From: an uncultured Alphaproteobacteria bacterium
GTDB lineage: Bacteria; Pseudomonadota; Alphaproteobacteria; Rhizobiales; JACESI01
NCBI GenBank assembly: GCA_938034375.1
Contig: CALHLB010000030.1
Location: 1,220 to 65,219, forward strand
DNA length: 64,000 nucleotides
Reading direction: 5' to 3'
Below the pieces are notes generated by a model. The model did no database searches. It saw only the letters and a list, made by a program, of their open reading frames with translations, and was not told where the DNA came from. A program made the position numbers and the translations under genes. Positions 60,041-64,000 of the stretch are shown one piece after another. Positions within the stretch are counted from its first letter, which is position 1. Every line of letters starts with the position of its first letter.

Positions 60041-60353
60041 GGCAAACCTTTCTTATGGTCACAAAGGAAGGTTTTTGATCGGCCTGCATGGTTCGCCTTA
60101 TTCTCCTTTAAAAAGACGCATTTTCCGTTAAAACGGGTTATTTTATAGTATATATTTAACATAATGTAATATATTTTGCAATATAAGCGCAAACCTTGGT
60201 TTATGAACAAGCATAAACACTTTAAAGATAACAATACAACTAAAATTTTACAGTCATTGTTATTTTATGTTACAAATCCATCAATAATAAAACAAAATAT
60301 ACTTTTAAATATGTTTGGGGTGTGTCTCATAACTTTTTAAGTTTGGAGGCACT

Positions 60354-60843
60354 ATGTCTTTAGAAAACGAAAAACTATCGAGACGTGACGTACTGAAAGG
60401 CCTTGGGGCTTTGGGGTTGGTGTCTGCTGCTGCGGGCGTTTTTGGCACGCAAGATGCGTCGGCACAAAAGAAGGCAAAAAAAAACCTATACGCCCTTACG
60501 AATCGATCAGCTTGGCCCCTCAGATGGCGGTCATAAAACTCCAAAAGAAGCAATTGCCGAATCGCATCAACAGCTTGTTTTACATTATGGTGAAAATATT
60601 CTCGATGCTGATATCACAGCAGAGTTATTAAGAGAAGAAGATATTCCTGCCACCGCCTATTCTGCCACCGCCTATTCTGGTGGCCCAAAGGGTAAAATAT
60701 ATGCCTTATTAAATGGAAGGCCAATTGCAAGATACGATCAAAAAGGACTCAATACAGTTGCAGCTTTTGGTTTAGGTGAAATATATAAGAGCAAAGTGGG
60801 TGGCGTTAACGTGGCTAAACTTGATCCTGGCGAACCTAGTTAA
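60354..60843 (+). pseudogene. Tat-signal secreted protein gene split by a frameshift in an A9 tract
   Basis: The frame from 60354 encodes MSLENEKLSRRDVLKGLGALGLVSAAAGVF..ASAQ (twin-arginine signal) and stops at 60536. The +1 frame continues open to 60843. The frames meet at A9 (60476-60484). Confidence 0.55.
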
Positions 60844-61331
60844 GGGCCAATTTTCGGCGTTACTGGATTTGGGGTATTGTTGAGCGCATTGAAATAATCC
60901 GGCTCTAATATTCTTTCAACAAAAGCATGATCAGCAGCTTCGTAAGCTAGCATGTCTTTATCATCTTGGCTTAAATCCTTGAATAAAGCCCATTCCGTTT
61001 TTAAACGCTCTTGCGGATTGGTGATGTTTTGCGCATCCACTATGCCCTGTATAAATTCTTCCAGTGATGCTTCTGAAGCTATAACGGCTTCTTCATGTAC
61101 ATTAAGATAGTTTGAATGGATATTGCCGTCATTTGATTGAACTGTTGAGATTCCCTGCACCTGTTCTTTATTCTGACGCGTTGATTCTTTACGTTCGGCT
61201 CTTTCAACATCAGTATCCAACGCACCAGATCGCAAGCGTTGCTGCATTTCATCCAAAGTTTTCTCTTTGGCCGTGATCTCCGCTTCTTTGCGGTTCGCCT
61301 GATCCTGCAATGTTTCGACTTTACCGTTCAT
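60840..61331 (-). CDS. hypothetical protein (island), coupled to upstream gene
   Basis: ATG at 61329-61331 (MNGKVETLQDQ...) overlaps the stop of the upstream ORF (ATGAACGGTAA). The longer 298-aa ORF-track version is an out-of-frame extension. Confidence 0.45.
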   Translation of the reverse strand: MNGKVETLQDQANRKEAEITAKEKTLDEMQQRLRSGALDTDVERAERKESTRQNKEQVQGISTVQSNDGNIHSNYLNVHEEAVIASEASLEEFIQGIVDAQNITNPQERLKTEWALFKDLSQDDKDMLAYEAADHAFVERILEPDYFNALNNTPNPVTPKIGP

Positions 61332-61959
61332 GCTTCCAAATATTGAATTTTCTGTTATTCTCCGCAGACACCAAATATAGGCCGTTATGGTCATTAATCT
61401 TATGCCACTCTTCCGGCGGAATGCCGGATTTGAGCAATAAGATATAATGCGCATGATTATCGGGATCAATTTCGCCGCCTGCCTGAATAATAAGGCGCAT
61501 CTCCTTGATGGCATCAAGCTCTTCTTCATATTTTCTGATGGTTTTTTGAAGGGCGTTAATCTCATCATTAAGGTCATTGACCTGTTCTTTAAGAATATCA
61601 TTGTCTTGTTGTAATTGCCTGATAAGTTCTTGGAAATGTCGGTCTTCTGCCGCTTTTTTATCACGTTCTTTGGCTTTTCGATTGGCGCGAATAACGTCTG
61701 CTGCACCCGTGATGGCAATGCGGCCACCAAGTGCATTTGCGGCTTCTGCGAATGAAAGCTCCTGCATCATCACTTGCGTGGATTTATTATGATCGTGGGG
61801 TGCTTCTGTTGTAAGGAATTGATCCAGTCGTTCGCCCATTTCCAAGGCGAGAGCCGCAAGGCTTTTTTCATCAATACCTATAGGTATTGCGGAGTTCAAA
61901 CGGTTTCCGTTTGAACTTGTTTTCATAAAACTATCCTTTAAGTCACCTGAAAGCGACAT
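61321..61959 (-). CDS. hypothetical coiled-coil protein (island)
   Basis: 212-aa ORF. Central heptad-rich region ELIRQLQQDNDILKEQVNDLNDEINALQKTIRKYEEELDAIKE. Confidence 0.5.
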   Translation of the reverse strand: MSLSGDLKDSFMKTSSNGNRLNSAIPIGIDEKSLAALALEMGERLDQFLTTEAPHDHNKSTQVMMQELSFAEAANALGGRIAITGAADVIRANRKAKERDKKAAEDRHFQELIRQLQQDNDILKEQVNDLNDEINALQKTIRKYEEELDAIKEMRLIIQAGGEIDPDNHAHYILLLKSGIPPEEWHKINDHNGLYLVSAENNRKFNIWKHER

Positions 61960-62127
61960 ACCATCTTCCCCGTCATCTATACCTGCCTCTTATCGGGCAG
62001 TCTTCCTTGTGTAATAGTATAGGCGATTAACGTTATGGTAACTTTAATTTTCAGTTGGATTTTATATGCATTTTATCGATTTATATTTGTCTGTTCTTCC
62101 CTGAAATATCTATGATATAATCTTTTT

Positions 62128-62385
62128 ATGAATGATGATGAAAATATACATGAATTAATGATGAAACATCTCAAGGCGCTTCGGAATGAAGTTGCGGATT
62201 TAAGACGCGAATCCATCCATGAATTGCACAGCCTTTCCGAACGTGTTGGGGCGCTTGAATCCCACATGACGGGATTATTTAAAACACTGACCAATGTTGG
62301 TGGAGATGTCGAAAAATTCAAATTTGATATGCGGCAGGTTAAATCACGGCTTAATCTAACTGATACGCAAGGCTCGCAGACCTGA
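62128..62385 (+). CDS. hypothetical small helical protein (island)
   Basis: 85-aa ORF, divergent from 61959, with predicted helices only. Confidence 0.4.
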   Translation: MNDDENIHELMMKHLKALRNEVADLRRESIHELHSLSERVGALESHMTGLFKTLTNVGGDVEKFKFDMRQVKSRLNLTDTQGSQT

Positions 62386-62416
62386 ACGCGTGAATTGCTA
62401 CATCATCTACTGAACG

Positions 62417-62929
62417 ATGAAACACAGCTACAAAGACTACATACCCCTGACAAGCCCTATGCATGAAGAATTAATGCTGCATAAGGCAAAAACAACCATG
62501 AGCGGCACGAGAATCTATAACTACATGAAGGAGAATGATCTTCTTCCGCCTGATACTGGCATTACAATCAAGAAAATCGAAAGCTGGTTTACACAAATTG
62601 CAAAATCCGTGAACAAGACCGACTTTGATGCTGTCCTTTCCGCCTATAGAACAATTACCGTCTCTGATGAAGTTTTGACGAAGGGGCAAGCCAGAGTGCG
62701 TTTAGACCCCAGTTTTTCAGAAAAAGTGGACAAGGTTCTGAAAGCACGTCCGAATCTAAGCACCCGCCTGTTATTAAGAGCACCTGATACGCCTGCGGGA
62801 TTAACAGAGAGGCAGGTTACGCTCATCCGGCGTGGCAGGCTCAAATCCATACATCAGGATCATAAACACTTTTTGGAAAAAGCACTGAACCTGAATGAGG
62901 CTGATGAAACCTCGGACAATATTGTTTGA
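62417..62929 (+). CDS. hypothetical protein (island)
   Basis: 170-aa ORF following 62128-62385 on the same strand. No motif recognised. Confidence 0.42.
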   Translation: MKHSYKDYIPLTSPMHEELMLHKAKTTMSGTRIYNYMKENDLLPPDTGITIKKIESWFTQIAKSVNKTDFDAVLSAYRTITVSDEVLTKGQARVRLDPSFSEKVDKVLKARPNLSTRLLLRAPDTPAGLTERQVTLIRRGRLKSIHQDHKHFLEKALNLNEADETSDNIV

Positions 62930-63232
62930 TGAACATTTTTCTCCTCTTCCCTAAAAAGAAGAAGGTATTACTGCCGAAAATGTTTAGGTGAATTTTCAAG
63001 CCGTAGTGAAATAGAAATCATTCACGAAAGACTGCTTATAGCCGGACAGTCAGTTGCCAAGCGCGGCTGGGAAAAAGGCGAGTAGATACTTGCGGGTTTT
63101 AGGCAAAAGCCAAGCGGAATGGCAAGCGTGATTGTCGTATAACCAGACATTCATTTATTTCGCAATATATGGCAGTTTAGAGCCCAAACTACCGCCATGT
63201 GATGTACTGCAAAGAGGCTTCAATTTAAAAAA

Positions 63233-63676
63233 CTAAGAAAGAGAAATGTATAATTTATTTAAAAAATCACGCTGCTCGTTTGAGAAAGACGGTTCATTCA
63301 TATATTCTTCAAAAGAGTAATCAAAAATATTTATCAATTTTATTTTTTGAATAATTTCTTTTCTTCCAAAAAGAATGTAATATTCATTATCTTCAGGCTT
63401 CCATATAAATAGATCACAATCAAAAAACTTGATTAATATATTTTTATGTGATTCTTCAAAAATTTCGCCCGATAAACTCTCAATGCTATTTGCATTAAAC
63501 AAAGTAGGTTTTTGATTAAATTCAAAAGAGCAGAATTCGATAAAATCGATATTTATTTGTTTTGATATTTCAAGTAAATCTTGTTTGGATGGAAATTCAG
63601 GAGCTAGAAAAAAAACAAAATTATCATTTTTTATTTTATTTACATCAATATCGTTATTTTTTAAATATTCTATCAT
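63233..63676 (-). CDS. putative immunity protein cognate to upstream toxin domain
   Basis: ATG at 63674-63676 lies 2 nt after the stop of the upstream toxin-like ORF. 147 aa, acidic, very AT-rich codons, no signal peptide or TM segment. Confidence 0.5.
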   Translation of the reverse strand: MIEYLKNNDIDVNKIKNDNFVFFLAPEFPSKQDLLEISKQINIDFIEFCSFEFNQKPTLFNANSIESLSGEIFEESHKNILIKFFDCDLFIWKPEDNEYYILFGRKEIIQKIKLINIFDYSFEEYMNEPSFSNEQRDFLNKLYISLS

Positions 63677-63678
63677 TC

Positions 63679-64000
63679 TCAAAACCCTAAGTTTACAGGA
63701 TTATACCTAATTTCAGTTTGTCTGCCATTTGGTTTACGAATTTGTAGAGTGGATCGCCCATCACTGCTACCAGGCCGGACAGTTATTTTATCACCATTTT
63801 CTAAGCTCCCTGTGCGCCCGGAACCATATTTTGTGTCAATGTCTTTAACATTATCAGGTTTTAGTGAATCAAAATCTTTATTGGCCTCATCAAATCCTCC
63901 ATCTTTTTCACCATGTCGAGTTTTCCCTTTTGTTTTCTGTTCGACACCAGCTTCTTCTTCCAGTTCTTCTTGTTTATTCTTCTGTTGTTCTTCTTTTGCC
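63679..64000 (-). CDS. C-terminal toxin-like domain of a larger protein (5' end beyond window)
   Basis: Hand translation gives ..AKEEQQKNKQEELEEEAGVEQKTKGKTRHGEKDGGFDEANKDFDSLKPDNVKDIDTKYGSGRTGSLENGDKITVRPGSSDGRSTLQIRKPNGRQTEIRYNPVNLGF*. The frame is open to the window edge. Confidence 0.55.
   Translation of the reverse strand, partial: AKEEQQKNKQEELEEEAGVEQKTKGKTRHGEKDGGFDEANKDFDSLKPDNVKDIDTKYGSGRTGSLENGDKITVRPGSSDGRSTLQIRKPNGRQTEIRYNPVNLGF

Larger units (their letters stand above)
56363..64000. mobile_element. genomic island abutting the 3' end of tRNA-Phe (far boundary outside window)
   Basis: At the tRNA 3' end the content switches abruptly from conserved housekeeping genes to recombinases, an XRE regulator, disrupted genes, a toxin/immunity pair and long AT-rich spacers. 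Base composition is mosaic. Confidence 0.7.

Noticed and set aside
60062-60087. A second full hix-like 26-bp site around GGTTTTTGATCG next to the small recombinase start.
   Set aside because: Only the right half resembles the Hin/Gin half-site. The left half (TGGTCACAAAGG) matches poorly, so it is mentioned only as a half-site.
60840-61736. 298-aa ORF suggesting a frameshifted fusion with the 212-aa ORF 61321-61959.
   Set aside because: The N-terminal 135 codons merely overlap the other ORF out of frame. An ATG at 61329-61331 overlapping the upstream stop (ATGAACGGTAA) gives a clean two-gene coupled arrangement, so no frameshift is needed.
62950-63085. Short frame ..YCRKCLGEFSSRSEIEIIHERLLIAGQSVAKRGWEKGE* between the 170-aa ORF and the immunity gene.
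   Set aside because: It has no start codon or upstream frame continuity. It is probably a gene remnant in the island and is too short to assign.
57924-64000. Second att site (a direct repeat of the tRNA-Phe 3' segment such as GGTTCGATTCCGCC) that would close the island.
   Set aside because: I scanned the remaining window by eye and found no copy. The island boundary is therefore left open rather than placed arbitrarily.

Overview
This window looks like chromosomal DNA from a low-GC alphaproteobacterium. The evidence is a CtrA/ChpT phosphorelay, RpoH, and the gene order yebC-ruvCAB ... ybgC-tolQRAB-pal-ybgF-tilS-ftsH. No finer taxonomic call is possible from the sequence alone.

About 85% of the window is ordinary, densely packed housekeeping DNA:
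- ggt (partial), yebC and ruvCAB
- a TPP-riboswitch-controlled thiOSGE operon
- the complete tol-pal cluster, then tilS, ftsH and glmM
- an outer-membrane beta-barrel gene, serC-serA, rpoH, purA and rluD
- chpT, followed by a cheA-W-Y-B-R operon with no receptor gene, convergent ctrA, and fliI-fliJ
- dcp, hisD, infA, maf, yacG and tRNA-Phe

Three regions look accessory.
1. An AT-rich four-gene cassette (about 8.1-9.9 kb) sits between ruvB and the thi riboswitch. It encodes small membrane proteins, a duplicated GNIVQG-x-NKV motif, and a secreted protein with a DFNDAVV lectin-like C-terminus.
2. A solitary PD-(D/E)xK nuclease-like gene lies after rpoH (29.4-30.4 kb).
3. A mosaic genomic island starts exactly at the 3' side of tRNA-Phe (56.36 kb) and runs off the window end. 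This is the most interesting region. It carries:
   - a large serine recombinase whose reading frame runs antisense into the tRNA and is interrupted by one in-frame TAA
   - a Hin/resolvase-type small serine recombinase with an XRE regulator
   - a Tat-signal gene broken in an A9 tract
   - a well-conserved-looking ORF with no start codon
   - a toxin C-terminal domain with a tightly coupled putative immunity gene

Non-coding observations:
- a thi riboswitch expression platform (13-bp helix covering the thiO start region)
- a candidate two-hairpin sRNA with C6 loops downstream of dcp
- two GAATTC-centred palindromes between cheR and ctrA
- three TTGGTTAAT direct repeats upstream of the outer-membrane protein gene

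I saw no rRNA, CRISPR array or IS transposase. All family assignments rest on motif recognition by eye and on memory of family sequences. No database search was run.
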